64,000 bases of DNA, taken from assembly GCA_963667845.2 (NCBI GenBank), contig CAXXVL010000001.1, forward strand, positions 544,001 to 608,000, written 5' to 3'. Positions 37,316-47,659 of this stretch are shown here, in pieces. Numbering within the stretch: the first letter of the stretch is position 1; the number at the start of each line of letters is the position of its first letter. Below the pieces are notes generated by a model. The model was not told the DNA's origin and did no database searches. It saw nothing but the letters and a program-made list of their open reading frames with translations. This DNA comes from Smithellaceae bacterium. GTDB lineage: Bacteria > Desulfobacterota > Syntrophia > Syntrophales > Smithellaceae. The position numbers were made by a program, and so were the translations under genes.

Positions 37316-37970
37316 ATCCTACTCCGCGCACGGTATGAATCAGTTTTTGATCGGCGTCTTTATCGACCTTGTCCCGCAACCGGCTGATTCTGGCTTCCAC
37401 CACGTTGGTCTGCGGATCGAAATGATAATCCCAAACATGTTCCATGATCATCGTCTTGGAAACGATCCTTCCGGCGTTGCGCATCAGATATTCCAGCAGT
37501 GAAAACTCCCGGGGCTGCAGGTCGATGGTTTTTCCTCCCCGGGTGACTTCCCGGGTGACGAGATTGACGGACAGATCCCCGACGCTCAGGCGGATCGGAT
37601 CAGAAACGCCGCCGGCCCTGCGGATCAGAGCCTGCACGCGGGCCAGAAGCTCGGAGAAGGCAAATGGTTTCGTCAGATAATCGTCTCCGCCGGTTTCCAG
37701 CCCCTTCACCCGGTCATCCACCGAACCCTTCGCGCTCAGAATCAGGACGGGGGTGTTCACCTTTTGGGCGCGCAGCTCCCTGATCAGACTCAACCCGTCC
37801 TGCCGCGGCAGCATGAGATCGACGACGTTCGCATCGTAAGGTTCCGAAAGCGCGAGGCGGAGACCTTCTTCGCCGTCCGGGGCATGGTCCACGGCATACC
37901 CCGCCGCTTTCAACCCCTTGATAATGAAAGAGGCGATCTTGACGTCATCTTCTACAAGTAAAACTCTCAT
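37281..37970 (-). CDS. OmpR-family response regulator (CusR/CzcR-like)
   Basis: LLVEDD, DLMLP, DDYLTKPFAFSEL, VWDYHFDPQTNVVE, TVRGVGY. Confidence 0.96.
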   Translation of the reverse strand: MRVLLVEDDVKIASFIIKGLKAAGYAVDHAPDGEEGLRLALSEPYDANVVDLMLPRQDGLSLIRELRAQKVNTPVLILSAKGSVDDRVKGLETGGDDYLTKPFAFSELLARVQALIRRAGGVSDPIRLSVGDLSVNLVTREVTRGGKTIDLQPREFSLLEYLMRNAGRIVSKTMIMEHVWDYHFDPQTNVVEARISRLRDKVDKDADQKLIHTVRGVGYVIKETQPLQE

Positions 37971-38235
37971 CGGTATCCTCTGGGGTTGTTCATGTACCCG
38001 TTGTCCCGGCTGACCCCAATAAATTGGTTTCAGGGATAGACAACATAGGGTTTTTGCAGACGTGTGTCAAGCTGTCCCTGATTCCGATAGAACGACAACG
38101 TTCATCCAGCGAGAATGATGGTCCGGACTCTGATCAGACCGATTCCCGATCTACCGGATGGGAGAATATTTTCCGGCTTTGGAGACCGGCTTTGGCCCGT
38201 TTCAGAAAGAAGGCCATGGCCCCCATTTGTTAATT

Positions 38236-38517
38236 CTATTTTTTGGCCAGTTGTCTTGCCCAAAGCGTCAGCCAGATGACGACAAATAGTATCATTCCGA
38301 AGCCGAGCTTGGAGGCCGCCATTGCCCACAGCCAGATCGTACGAATTTCCACCCATGTAACGCCTTTTCCCCAGAGGAAAAGCATTGCTTCCGGCTCTCT
38401 GTTCATGATCAGTACATAAGCAAGTCCCTGGATCAACACAATACAATAGGCGATTAATACGGTCCACCATCCGGCCGTTGCCGCAGCCCGTACTTTCTTT
38501 GCAAATATTTCATCCAT
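38236..38517 (-). CDS. Small two-TM hypothetical membrane protein
   Basis: 93 aa, RBS gagg, two hydrophobic helices. Confidence 0.7.
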   Translation of the reverse strand: MDEIFAKKVRAAATAGWWTVLIAYCIVLIQGLAYVLIMNREPEAMLFLWGKGVTWVEIRTIWLWAMAASKLGFGMILFVVIWLTLWARQLAKK

Positions 38518-38547
38518 ACTTATTTCCTCATTATTTTTTTATTTCAA

Positions 38548-38647
38548 TTAACCACCTCGCAGCAAGCTTTTGAGGTGTGAATGAATGTCATGATAGCGCA
38601 GCAAGCTGCGGATGATTAACGCTCGTCCCAAAACGGCGGGATTAAAT
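38548..38647 (-). repeat. R4 copy, inverted
   Basis: aaccacctcgcagcaagc…gcagcaagctgcggatgattaacgctcgtcccaaaacggcgggatta. Confidence 0.8.
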
Positions 38648-38650
38648 CTT

Positions 38651-41209
38651 CTAACCTGTATGATCAGGCTTAGGCTCACCAGCTTTTGCATCGTGCTTCG
38701 GTTCGGATTTCGCTTCAGTTTTAGATTTGGCTCCGACGGGATCAAAAACCCGATAGGCGAGCAACTTCACGTTGTCATTCACGAGGAACCACAGCAGCGC
38801 ATAGCCCCAGACGAACCCGGCCCAACCCCAGCCCAGCGGCGTCATAAACAGTCCGTAAACCGCGATCAACGTCGCAATGATTTGTGTGCCGAGCACCGCT
38901 ATCCACAAAATCTTCGCGGGGCGTATGGACCAAAATCTCCCGCGCGTGCGCGTGAGAAAGATCGTCAGATGTCCCGCCACGGACAGCTTCAAATACATCA
39001 GGGTTTGAATATGCGCCCGGTCGAGATGAAAGACTCGCTCACCCAGATAAAACAAGCCGAAGGCAGAGACAACGCCGATGACGCCCAGCGCCGTGGCAAC
39101 GCCGAGAACCATGCGCATGTTCCAGGCTTCCGGATGATCCTTGTAATGAACATTGTCATAGGCAATGGACAGGATGGCGCCGTCATTGAGCAACGCGAGC
39201 ATCACGATCATTACTGCCGTCAGGGGATAGAAATTGAAGATCAGGATCGCCAACGTCATGAAGAACAGAACGCGCAGCGTCTCGGCGATGCGGTAGATCG
39301 CATAGCTGTTCATCCGCTGGAAGATACGGCGGCTCTCCTTGATCGCGTCAATAATCACCGACAGGCCGGGCGTCATGAGCACAATAGCGGCTGCTGCGCG
39401 CGCCGCGTCCGTCGCACCCGAAACGGCGATACCGCAGTCGGCTTTCTTCAGCGCCGGGGCGTCGTTCACCCCGTCGCCCGTCATGCCGACGATGTGGCCG
39501 AGCTTTTGCAGGACATCCACAATGTGAAACTTATGTTCAGGGAACACCTGGGCAAAACCGTCTGCCTTCTCGATGGAATCGGCCACCTCGGTAGTCTCTT
39601 GCTTTTTCGAATCGCCTAAGCCCCCGGCATCGAGGATATTTGCGCCCATGTCTAACTTTTTCGCGGTTTCCCGGGCGATGGCCAGTGCATCACCCGTAAC
39701 CATCTTGACCTTTACGCCCATTGCCAGCGCGGTTGCGATGGTTGCCTTGGCGTCTTCCCGCGGCGGGTCAAACAGGGGCAACACGCCGACAAATTGCCAT
39801 TGGCCTTCGCCCTCAGCCCGCGCCACTCCCAACGAGCGAAAGCCGCGCGCCGCAAAGTCGTTGACCGCCTTATCAACGGCAGACTTCACCTGACCGGTAT
39901 TGACCGACAATGCCATAATCACCTGCGGGGCGCCCTTTGTCACCTTGAATGTCTTTCCGTCGCTGGCTTTGACGGTGGCTTCGGTACGCTTATGCACGGC
40001 ATCGAAGGGCTGGAAATGGACCGCCTGGTAGCCTTTTAAGGCCTCTTTGTCTTTTAGTCCCCCCAGGACGGCCAGGTCAATGGTGTCGTTATTGTCCGCA
40101 CGTGACGCCAGCGCAGCGTTGAGGATCACTTGATCGGCCGGAATGCCGTTCACCCCGAACGGATCACCCAACGTCAGTTTATTCTGCGTCAGTGTGCCGG
40201 TCTTGTCCGCGCATAATACGTCCACGCCCGCCAGTTCCTCAATGGCCACCAACTTGCTTACAATCGCCTCTTTCTTGGCGAGCAGGCGTGCGCCAACCGC
40301 CATCGTCACTGAAAGCACCGTTGGCATGGCCACGGGAATTGCGGCCACAGTCAGCACCAGGGCAAACTGCAGCGTGGTGAGGATCGCGTCGCCGCGATAG
40401 ACGGCGAAACCAATAATCACCGCCACCAGCGTTACCGCCAGGATGATCAGGTAATTGCCGATTTTCAAAACCGCCTTTTGAAAATGGCTGACCGTGTGAG
40501 CCTCCTGCACGAGCTGCGCCGTTTTGCCGAAGTAAGTGTTTGCACCCGTGGCATAGACCAGGGCGCCAATTTCACCCTGGCGGATGATTGACCCCGAGAA
40601 CACCGCCTCACCCGGTTTTCGGGTGGCAGGTAATGACTCGCCCGTCAGGGCCGACTGGTCCACCTCAACCGGATCGCCATCCAGCAGACGCGCATCAGCG
40701 GGTACAATGTCGCCCAGACGCAGGCGAATGACATCGCCCGGCACCAACTCGCTGGCCTTCGGGTTGACCCATTTTCCGTCTCGTTTTACCCGGGCCTTGA
40801 TCGCCAGCTTCGCCTTCAGCGCTTCAATGGCGTTGCCCGCCTGGTGTTCTTCCCAGAATCCGACCACGGCGTTGGCCAGAAGCAGAAGGAGGATGATGCC
40901 GAAGTCCGGCCAATGCCGGGCGACCGCCGAAAGAATCACGGCTGCTTCAATCATCCACGGGATGGGACCCCAAAAATAAGTGAGGAATTTCAGGAAGGGA
41001 TTGGTCTTCTTTTCTGCAATCTCGTTCGGCCCATATTGAGTCAGCCGTTTCTGAGCCTCGGCTTGCGTCAGGCCGTCCGGCGACGCGCCTAACTTCTTCT
41101 CCACGTCGGCCAGGGGCAAGGTTTTCAGGTCGTCCTTCGCATCGGGTTTGGCTCCGGGCTTCGATTTGGGAGCTTTGGACTGGTCGGCATTGGATTTCAT
41201 AATGGGCAT
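38651..41209 (-). CDS. P3A-type (plasma-membrane proton-efflux) P-type ATPase
   Basis: FWGPIPWMIE, DQSALTGES, IPVAMPTVLSVTMAVGA, CADKTGTLTQN, KGAPQVI, TGDGVNDAPALK, ALLNDG, FLTR. Confidence 0.95.
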   Translation of the reverse strand: MPIMKSNADQSKAPKSKPGAKPDAKDDLKTLPLADVEKKLGASPDGLTQAEAQKRLTQYGPNEIAEKKTNPFLKFLTYFWGPIPWMIEAAVILSAVARHWPDFGIILLLLLANAVVGFWEEHQAGNAIEALKAKLAIKARVKRDGKWVNPKASELVPGDVIRLRLGDIVPADARLLDGDPVEVDQSALTGESLPATRKPGEAVFSGSIIRQGEIGALVYATGANTYFGKTAQLVQEAHTVSHFQKAVLKIGNYLIILAVTLVAVIIGFAVYRGDAILTTLQFALVLTVAAIPVAMPTVLSVTMAVGARLLAKKEAIVSKLVAIEELAGVDVLCADKTGTLTQNKLTLGDPFGVNGIPADQVILNAALASRADNNDTIDLAVLGGLKDKEALKGYQAVHFQPFDAVHKRTEATVKASDGKTFKVTKGAPQVIMALSVNTGQVKSAVDKAVNDFAARGFRSLGVARAEGEGQWQFVGVLPLFDPPREDAKATIATALAMGVKVKMVTGDALAIARETAKKLDMGANILDAGGLGDSKKQETTEVADSIEKADGFAQVFPEHKFHIVDVLQKLGHIVGMTGDGVNDAPALKKADCGIAVSGATDAARAAAAIVLMTPGLSVIIDAIKESRRIFQRMNSYAIYRIAETLRVLFFMTLAILIFNFYPLTAVMIVMLALLNDGAILSIAYDNVHYKDHPEAWNMRMVLGVATALGVIGVVSAFGLFYLGERVFHLDRAHIQTLMYLKLSVAGHLTIFLTRTRGRFWSIRPAKILWIAVLGTQIIATLIAVYGLFMTPLGWGWAGFVWGYALLWFLVNDNVKLLAYRVFDPVGAKSKTEAKSEPKHDAKAGEPKPDHTG

Positions 41210-41236
41210 TCCTCCTGTCCTTGATTTACCGTCCGA

Positions 41237-42853
41237 CTATCCCACAGGGGCATGTTCATCGGTGTGTCCGGGGGGCGGTTCTTCTTCGGCGGATGAATCG
41301 GTTTTTGCTGTTTCGAGATGCAGCAACCGGGCATCGATATCCGCGAGTAACTTCTCGTGGACCGCCTGACTGAGAAGTCCGCGGTGAAAGGCATCGATTA
41401 CCGTGTTCTTTTCCACCAACAACAGGTGTCGCCGAGTGCGTTGTAATTCCTCGGCGTGAAGCTGTTGGTTATCGATATGCAGCTCAGCGAGCGCCGCACT
41501 GCTGCGCTCGACCTTCTGTTCATATTCTCGGCGCAGGTCGGATAGCACCTCCGGCTGGGTGAAGTGAACGTGTGACATTTGGTCGATCTCGTTCAGTGCG
41601 GCATGGGTTGCCTGCAACCCCCCGCGTGTCAACTCATATGCGGCAAGTTCGTCGTGTCCGCGCACAATGCCCAGCCACCTCAGCAGGGGGGACATCGTCA
41701 ATCCGTGGACAAGTATTGAAAGAATGACCACCCCGAAGGTCATCGAGACCAGCAATTCCCGATGCGGGAAATCCTTTGGGAGACTGAGGACCAGCACCAT
41801 GGGCAGCCCGCCGCGCAACCCGCCCCATGTCAGGATCACGCTCCATGCCCAGGGAATTCTTTCACGCGTCCGGCCGAGCAGCGAAGATGCGCCGAAGATG
41901 ACCAGCGCCCTGCCTCCCGTCACCACGAGATAGGCAACCAGAATCGCCTTCCAGGAGGCCAGCAATGTCTGGAAGTGTACTTCGAGACCAATCAGCAGGA
42001 AAACAATGGAGTTGAGAGCAAAGGCGATGTATTTCCAAAACGTCTCCACGGCGATCCGGGTTGATGGCGACATGCCGACACGGGCGCCGTAGTTTCCGCA
42101 GAGCATACCCGCCGCCACGGTCGCAATCACGCCGGAGTAATGAAAATGCTCAGCAGCCAGGAAGGAACCATACGCGGCAATTGTCGTCAGTGTAATCTCG
42201 ATCATCGGGTCATCGACCTGTTTGATGACTTGTGAAACGGCCAGTCCGACGCCCGTTCCAATCAATGCACCAATGCCGACGATTCTGATAAAATCAAAAG
42301 CCAACCCGCCGGCCGTTGCCACTGTCCCGGCTACGAGCGCCAGGCTGAGCGTGAAGAAAACGATGGCGGTGCCGTCATTAAGCAGGCTCTCGCCATCGAG
42401 CAATACGGACAGCCGCTTCGGAACGCCCAGGTTCTTGAAGATGGCGACGACGGCGATGGGATCGGTCGCGGCAATGAGTGCGCCGAAGACCAGCGCGTGT
42501 TTCCAGGTAAACCCCTGCACAAAATGCAGCGCGTCGGCAACCGGGGTTAAAATCACGGCCGTCAGCACGATGGCTGCCGCAACGCCCGGCAGGGCCAGTG
42601 AAGAAATGATGAGGCGGTTTCGCCAGAATTGTTTAAACTCGATATGAAATGCGGCCTCGAAGAGAAGCCCCGGCAGAAAGACGCCGAATAGCAGAGCCTT
42701 GGTCAGGTGGGGTGCTTCAAAGATATTCAGCATCCCCAGCCCAAGTCCGGTGAAGACCAGAGCGACAGTGTAAGGAATGGCCAGACGTTGCACGGCGATT
42801 GCGACGGTTGTGGCCACAACGAACAGCAAAATTAAGACGGTTTCCGTATCCAT
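41237..42853 (-). CDS. CPA1 (NhaP/YjcE-type) Na+/H+ antiporter
   Basis: FLPGLLFEAA, ATDPIAV, GESLLNDG, WGGLRG. Confidence 0.95.
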   Translation of the reverse strand: MDTETVLILLFVVATTVAIAVQRLAIPYTVALVFTGLGLGMLNIFEAPHLTKALLFGVFLPGLLFEAAFHIEFKQFWRNRLIISSLALPGVAAAIVLTAVILTPVADALHFVQGFTWKHALVFGALIAATDPIAVVAIFKNLGVPKRLSVLLDGESLLNDGTAIVFFTLSLALVAGTVATAGGLAFDFIRIVGIGALIGTGVGLAVSQVIKQVDDPMIEITLTTIAAYGSFLAAEHFHYSGVIATVAAGMLCGNYGARVGMSPSTRIAVETFWKYIAFALNSIVFLLIGLEVHFQTLLASWKAILVAYLVVTGGRALVIFGASSLLGRTRERIPWAWSVILTWGGLRGGLPMVLVLSLPKDFPHRELLVSMTFGVVILSILVHGLTMSPLLRWLGIVRGHDELAAYELTRGGLQATHAALNEIDQMSHVHFTQPEVLSDLRREYEQKVERSSAALAELHIDNQQLHAEELQRTRRHLLLVEKNTVIDAFHRGLLSQAVHEKLLADIDARLLHLETAKTDSSAEEEPPPGHTDEHAPVG

Positions 42854-42903
42854 GATCAGATCTTATCTCCATTTATTTTCGTTCTTCCTGTTTCGCTATT
42901 CAG

Positions 42904-44235
42904 TTACGTTATAACCTCACTTTCATTTTTGAGTGCTTCGCGCACCCGCTCCAGGTGGCCCTTAAACCTCATCAGGTCATACGGGGACGGGATCGTGCGT
43001 TCGGCCAATTCATCGATCCATTGCACTTGTTCGCGAATCGCCCGCCGTCGGTCCGGCCGGACCGTCATACTGGCGATAATTTGATGCGCGCCCAGCATTC
43101 GCAATATGATGGCGACATTGCCTGTGGCGCTGCCTCGAATTTGGTCGAATGATTCAGACAGCAAGCTTTCAAAGAACGGGTTTATGGAGATCACGCGCAG
43201 TTCCCCTTCCTCGTAGCGGAGTGATGAAGGGAGTTGCCGGGGCGCCAGCTGCGCGAGAATTGCTGTCAGATAATCCACGCACATCACGGCCGTTGTGGTA
43301 TCGTTGACGCCGGGGGAGAGTGCTTTTAACGCCATATCCACGATTTGCCTGATGCCAAAGGCCGCGTCCTGATCCACCGTACGGTAGCTGCTGATGCTGA
43401 ATGTCGCCTGCAGAGCGGCAATAGTCTCTTGATCCGGTGGATCTTCAAGGGCGAGTGAGGCCAGTGGGGTGTTCCGGACAACGAAATCACCGATGCCGTG
43501 CTCTATCCTCACGATGGTTTTCCTGTCCCGTGCCAGGCGCAGGAGCGCTGCGTTATTAACGTTCTGGATATAACCGCTTTTGGAGGCCGGGACGGCACGC
43601 CAATTCTGCCGGAATAGAGGGATCAGCGCCTGGTCATCATCATCTTCGCCGGGCCCTTGGCCAATTTTTTCCGGAAACAACCGGTCAATGACAGCAATGG
43701 TTTCTTCAGCAACCGGGGAGATAATGCTGGAAGCCTGGATCGAAGAAGCGATGTGATGAATGAATAACATGAGGGCGCCGACACCTCCCAGCGCCAGCAC
43801 GAAGCCGAAGAACACCGCCAAGTTTGGAACAAATGCACCCTCGTCGCCGCTGCGAATGGTGCGCAATACGATCAGACAATACGTGAAAATACCGGCGAAG
43901 ATTCCAAGCACGGCCTGCGTGATGCGGTTCCGCATGAAATTCCGCAGAATGCGCGAGGTGTATTGACTCGAAGCCAGCGACAGCACTACCAGGATCATGG
44001 AGAACGTGACGCCCACCACGGTGATCATCGAACCGGCAATCGTGGACATCATCCCGCGGGCGCCTTCCGCTCCGGCCCCGAACAGGCGCGGCCACCGGGT
44101 CAGCCATTGGTCGCTCACGGCGGAGTCCGCTTCGATCATCGCTACCGCAAAGGCAACGCTGAGCACAACAATCAGCGAAGGCAAAAACCAAAAGCTCGAA
44201 TGTACATTGTTCCAGAGTTGTTTGAATTTATTCAC
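42904..44235 (-). CDS. DUF2254-family membrane protein
   Basis: SFWFLP, LASSQYT.R, ALKALSPGVNDTTTA; GTG start. Confidence 0.9.
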   Translation of the reverse strand: MNKFKQLWNNVHSSFWFLPSLIVVLSVAFAVAMIEADSAVSDQWLTRWPRLFGAGAEGARGMMSTIAGSMITVVGVTFSMILVVLSLASSQYTSRILRNFMRNRITQAVLGIFAGIFTYCLIVLRTIRSGDEGAFVPNLAVFFGFVLALGGVGALMLFIHHIASSIQASSIISPVAEETIAVIDRLFPEKIGQGPGEDDDDQALIPLFRQNWRAVPASKSGYIQNVNNAALLRLARDRKTIVRIEHGIGDFVVRNTPLASLALEDPPDQETIAALQATFSISSYRTVDQDAAFGIRQIVDMALKALSPGVNDTTTAVMCVDYLTAILAQLAPRQLPSSLRYEEGELRVISINPFFESLLSESFDQIRGSATGNVAIILRMLGAHQIIASMTVRPDRRRAIREQVQWIDELAERTIPSPYDLMRFKGHLERVREALKNESEVIT

Positions 44236-44257
44236 AGGTGATCTCCCACTTCCAGTT

Positions 44258-44401
44258 TTAAATTTCCGGTATGTCCTTGGCCGACAATGCCAAAATAACC
44301 TGCGGTGCGCTTTTTGTCACTTTCACCTTCGCATCGGGTTTGGCTCCAGGCTTCGATTTGGGAGCTTTGGGCTGGTCGGCATTGGATTTCATCATGGGCA
44401 T
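44258..44401 (-). pseudogene. Internally deleted duplicate of the P3A ATPase (47 aa)
   Basis: RBS and MPMMKSNADQPKAPKSKPGAKPDAK nearly identical to 41135-41219, fused in frame to VKVTKSAPQVILALS (the KVTKGAPQVIMALS segment near 39.9 kb). Confidence 0.85.
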
Positions 44402-44492
44402 TCCTCCTGTCTTTCCTATGCCCCGCAGGTTTCGCGAGTTACGGCATGCTTATTGTCATACCCGCGTCACTGTGCCGGTCGCGATCAAGACG

Positions 44493-44855
44493 CTAATTCT
44501 CCATCAGCCACGCCCTGGCCTCTGCGATGTCGGCGTGATCGAAATACCGGATCATCGCTTTCGTGAACGGTTTACCGAACAGCGCCATGCCTTGCTGCCA
44601 CTTTTTTTCCCCGACCATCGCGATTTTTTCGATGTCGGAGAAGTGTTTGATGGCGAATTTGGTGTCTTCCCAGAGTGCGCCGGCTTCCCAACCATGGAAA
44701 CCGGTCATATCGAACAGCATGCTTAGCTTTCCATGCAGCCGAACAAGTTTCTCGACCTCGGGCATAAAAAGCTCATAATCCGCCTTTACCAACTTGCCGC
44801 TGACGTGAACAACAAGCACCTTCCCGTCGTTTTCGTGAGTGAGTTCAATAGACAT
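44493..44855 (-). CDS. SpoIIAA-like STAS/SEC14 (DUF3478) protein
   Basis: SGKL..ADYE, FHGWE.GALWED.KF, KIAMVG.KKW, RYFD. Confidence 0.92.
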   Translation of the reverse strand: MSIELTHENDGKVLVVHVSGKLVKADYELFMPEVEKLVRLHGKLSMLFDMTGFHGWEAGALWEDTKFAIKHFSDIEKIAMVGEKKWQQGMALFGKPFTKAMIRYFDHADIAEARAWLMEN

Positions 44856-45016
44856 TACAGCCTCCTTCTCGTGATTTTATTCTTCCTGCAATAACGCCCC
44901 GGGTACGGACACCATACTCGCGCAGTGCGACACACTTACCCGGCGCCGCCTGAACCCGCGCTCAGTAGTGATGACCATACCGGACGGACGGTTGCGGTCG
45001 AAGGGTTTGTGCGGCG

Positions 45017-47071
45017 TCATTTGGGTTCTGCCTTAAGTCTCAGCAAACGCGCATTGATGGCCACAATAACCGTGCTTGCGGACATCAGCACCGCACCCAC
45101 CGCAGGAGAGAGCAACACGCCCCAGGCATAAAGCGCTCCGGCGGCCAGAGGAATGGCAAAAGCATTATAGCCTGTGGCCCATAATAGATTTTGGATCATC
45201 TTGCGGTACGTGGCCCGGGATAGCCGGATAACGGCTGCCACATCCAGCGGATTACTCCGCACCAGAATCACGTCCGCCGTTTCCACAGCCACATCGGACC
45301 CGGCGCCGATGGCGATGCCTACATCCGCCTGAGCCAGCGCCGGAGCATCGTTCACGCCGTCACCGGTCATGGCGACTAAGACACCCCGGGACTGGACTTC
45401 TTTCACTTTAGCGGCCTTGTCCCCGGGCAGGACTTCGGCGAAGTATTCATCCAAACCGACCTGGTCGGCAACCCATTTGGCCGTCGCCCTGTTGTCGCCG
45501 GTCAGCATCAGGCACCGGATGTTCATTGCCCGGAGGGCATCGATGGCCGGCTTCGCCTCGGATCTCACGATATCGGCCAGGGCGATAGCCCCTTTGAGCT
45601 GACCGCCGACGAGCACAAACACGACCGTCTTGCCTTGTGCCTGCAGGGGTTCGATGCTCGGGTCGGCAAGATGTATGCCCTGTTCGCTCAGGTAGCCGGG
45701 GCTGATCACCTTGACCTCTTGCCCCTCCACTTTGCCTTCGGCGCCTTTGCCCGGGATGCTTTTAAAGTCTTCGACAGGCAGCTTCCTTTCCGAAGAAGCT
45801 GCGATGGCCCGGGCGATGGAATGTTCGGAATTTGCCTCTACGGAGGCCGCGTATTTGCGCAGTGTTTCTTCGTCGATATCCGGCGAAAATACCAGTGTGT
45901 CGGTCACGCCAAACCGGCCTTCAGTAAGCGTGCCGGTCTTATCAAAGATGACGGCTTGCAGTTTTCGGGCGCTTTCGAAGGAGACGCGATTGCGAATGAG
46001 CAGGCCGTTTTTCGCGGCCAGAGCTGTGGAGACGGCCACAACCAGAGGCACGGCGAGACCCAGGGCGTGCGGACAGGCGATGACCATCACGGTTACAGCT
46101 CGTTCAATGGCAAAAGCAAATTCTTTGCTCATGCCAACGAGCCAGATCAGGAAGGTGAGGGCACCACAGCCGAGCGCCGCAATTGTGAGCCACATGGCGG
46201 CGGTGTCGGCGACTTTTTGGGTCTTTGATTTGCTTTCCTGGGCCTGTCTGACCAGGTCGATGACCTGCGATAGAAATGAATCTTTGCCGGTACTTTTGAC
46301 CTCAATGGTCAGAGAACCCTCACCGTTGATCGCGCCGCCGATGACCTTGCCGCCGGTCTTCTTGTTAACCGGAGTTGATTCCCCGGTGAGCATGGCTTCA
46401 TTAACCGCACTTTCGCCCTTTACGATGACGCCGTCTGCGGGAATCTTCTCGCCGGGTTTGATCAGGACCTTGTCGTTCACCGCCAGCTCACCAAGCGGCA
46501 CATCATTTACGCTGCCGTCGGGCATGAGTTTGTGGGCGTTGGAGGGCATGAGCTTGGCCAGCTCCTCCAGAGCTTTAGAAGCGCCCAGCACCGACTTCAT
46601 CTCGATCCAGTGCCCCAGAAGCATGATATCGACAAGCGTGGCCAATTCCCAGAAGAAGATCTTGCCGGTCAGGCCGAACACGACGGCGCTGCTGTAAACA
46701 TAGGCCGTGGTGACGGCGACGGCAACCAGCGTCATCATTCCGGGCTGACGGGATTTGAGCTCGTCTTGAAGACCTTTCAGAAACGGCCAGCCGCCATACC
46801 AGAATACCGCGGAAGAAAAAACGAATAAGAGATAGCTGTCACCGGGAAAACGAAGGGCTTCCTTCAGGCCCACCAGCGTTTGAAGCATCGGCGAGAGGAT
46901 GAGAATCGGCCCGGTCAGCAAAAGCGAGATCCAGAACCGCTTCCGGAAATCCGCCGCCATGAGAGCGTGGTGACCTGCCTGATGGCCCCCCTTGGCCCAG
47001 GTGGTGGCGTGCGTTTCATGCATCGGGTGATGCAGGGCTTCCGCATGGTGATCCGGATGGTGATGTTCCAT
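45017..47071 (-). CDS. copB: P1B-3 copper-exporting ATPase
   Basis: His-rich N-terminus, PGMMTL, MLLGHWIEM, ACPHALGLA, DKTGT, GYN, MSAST. Confidence 0.93.
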   Translation of the reverse strand: MEHHHPDHHAEALHHPMHETHATTWAKGGHQAGHHALMAADFRKRFWISLLLTGPILILSPMLQTLVGLKEALRFPGDSYLLFVFSSAVFWYGGWPFLKGLQDELKSRQPGMMTLVAVAVTTAYVYSSAVVFGLTGKIFFWELATLVDIMLLGHWIEMKSVLGASKALEELAKLMPSNAHKLMPDGSVNDVPLGELAVNDKVLIKPGEKIPADGVIVKGESAVNEAMLTGESTPVNKKTGGKVIGGAINGEGSLTIEVKSTGKDSFLSQVIDLVRQAQESKSKTQKVADTAAMWLTIAALGCGALTFLIWLVGMSKEFAFAIERAVTVMVIACPHALGLAVPLVVAVSTALAAKNGLLIRNRVSFESARKLQAVIFDKTGTLTEGRFGVTDTLVFSPDIDEETLRKYAASVEANSEHSIARAIAASSERKLPVEDFKSIPGKGAEGKVEGQEVKVISPGYLSEQGIHLADPSIEPLQAQGKTVVFVLVGGQLKGAIALADIVRSEAKPAIDALRAMNIRCLMLTGDNRATAKWVADQVGLDEYFAEVLPGDKAAKVKEVQSRGVLVAMTGDGVNDAPALAQADVGIAIGAGSDVAVETADVILVRSNPLDVAAVIRLSRATYRKMIQNLLWATGYNAFAIPLAAGALYAWGVLLSPAVGAVLMSASTVIVAINARLLRLKAEPK

Positions 47072-47197
47072 GAATCATCCTCTTTGTGAGCGAGCCGGTT
47101 TGTCTTTCTGAGTCTTTATCCGTTTCTTGTCTTTTCTTCCGTCTTTGCCCGCGTTCTCTTTCCGCTGCTTCACCAATCGAGGATATGGCAATCACTT

Positions 47198-47566
47198 TTA
47201 CTTTGAGAAAATCATCCTTAAAGCGATGATCAATAAGGCAATGCCGAATATTTTTTCCAATACGGGATCGGATATACGGATGGCCAGCTTGGCGCCCAGT
47301 AATCCGCCGAAGATAAAACCGAGACAAATAAAGCCGGCAACCGGGAAGTCGATATACCCCTGTTTATAATAAGTCCATGCGGCAAGCAGGCCTATGGGCG
47401 GGACGAGTAAAGCCAGCGTCGTCCCCTGGGCGGTTTTTTGTGACAGACCAAAAAACAGCACGAGAATCGGGATGATTATCACTCCGCCGCCGATGCCGAT
47501 CAGGCCGCTTAATATGCCGGCCAGCAGGCCGGTCAAGATATAGAGAAACGCATGCGCATAATCCAT
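47198..47566 (-). CDS. Half-size TauE/SafE-family permease
   Basis: GLLAGILSGLIGIGGG.IIIP, AQGTTLA. Confidence 0.88.
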   Translation of the reverse strand: MDYAHAFLYILTGLLAGILSGLIGIGGGVIIIPILVLFFGLSQKTAQGTTLALLVPPIGLLAAWTYYKQGYIDFPVAGFICLGFIFGGLLGAKLAIRISDPVLEKIFGIALLIIALRMIFSK

Positions 47567-47659
47567 AGATGCACTTTCCGGTTTTCCCGGGGAAGGATCG
47601 GAACCCCGGTATTTTCCGCTTTCAGGTTTGAACGGGGTTTCGATTCCTGATGTCACTCC

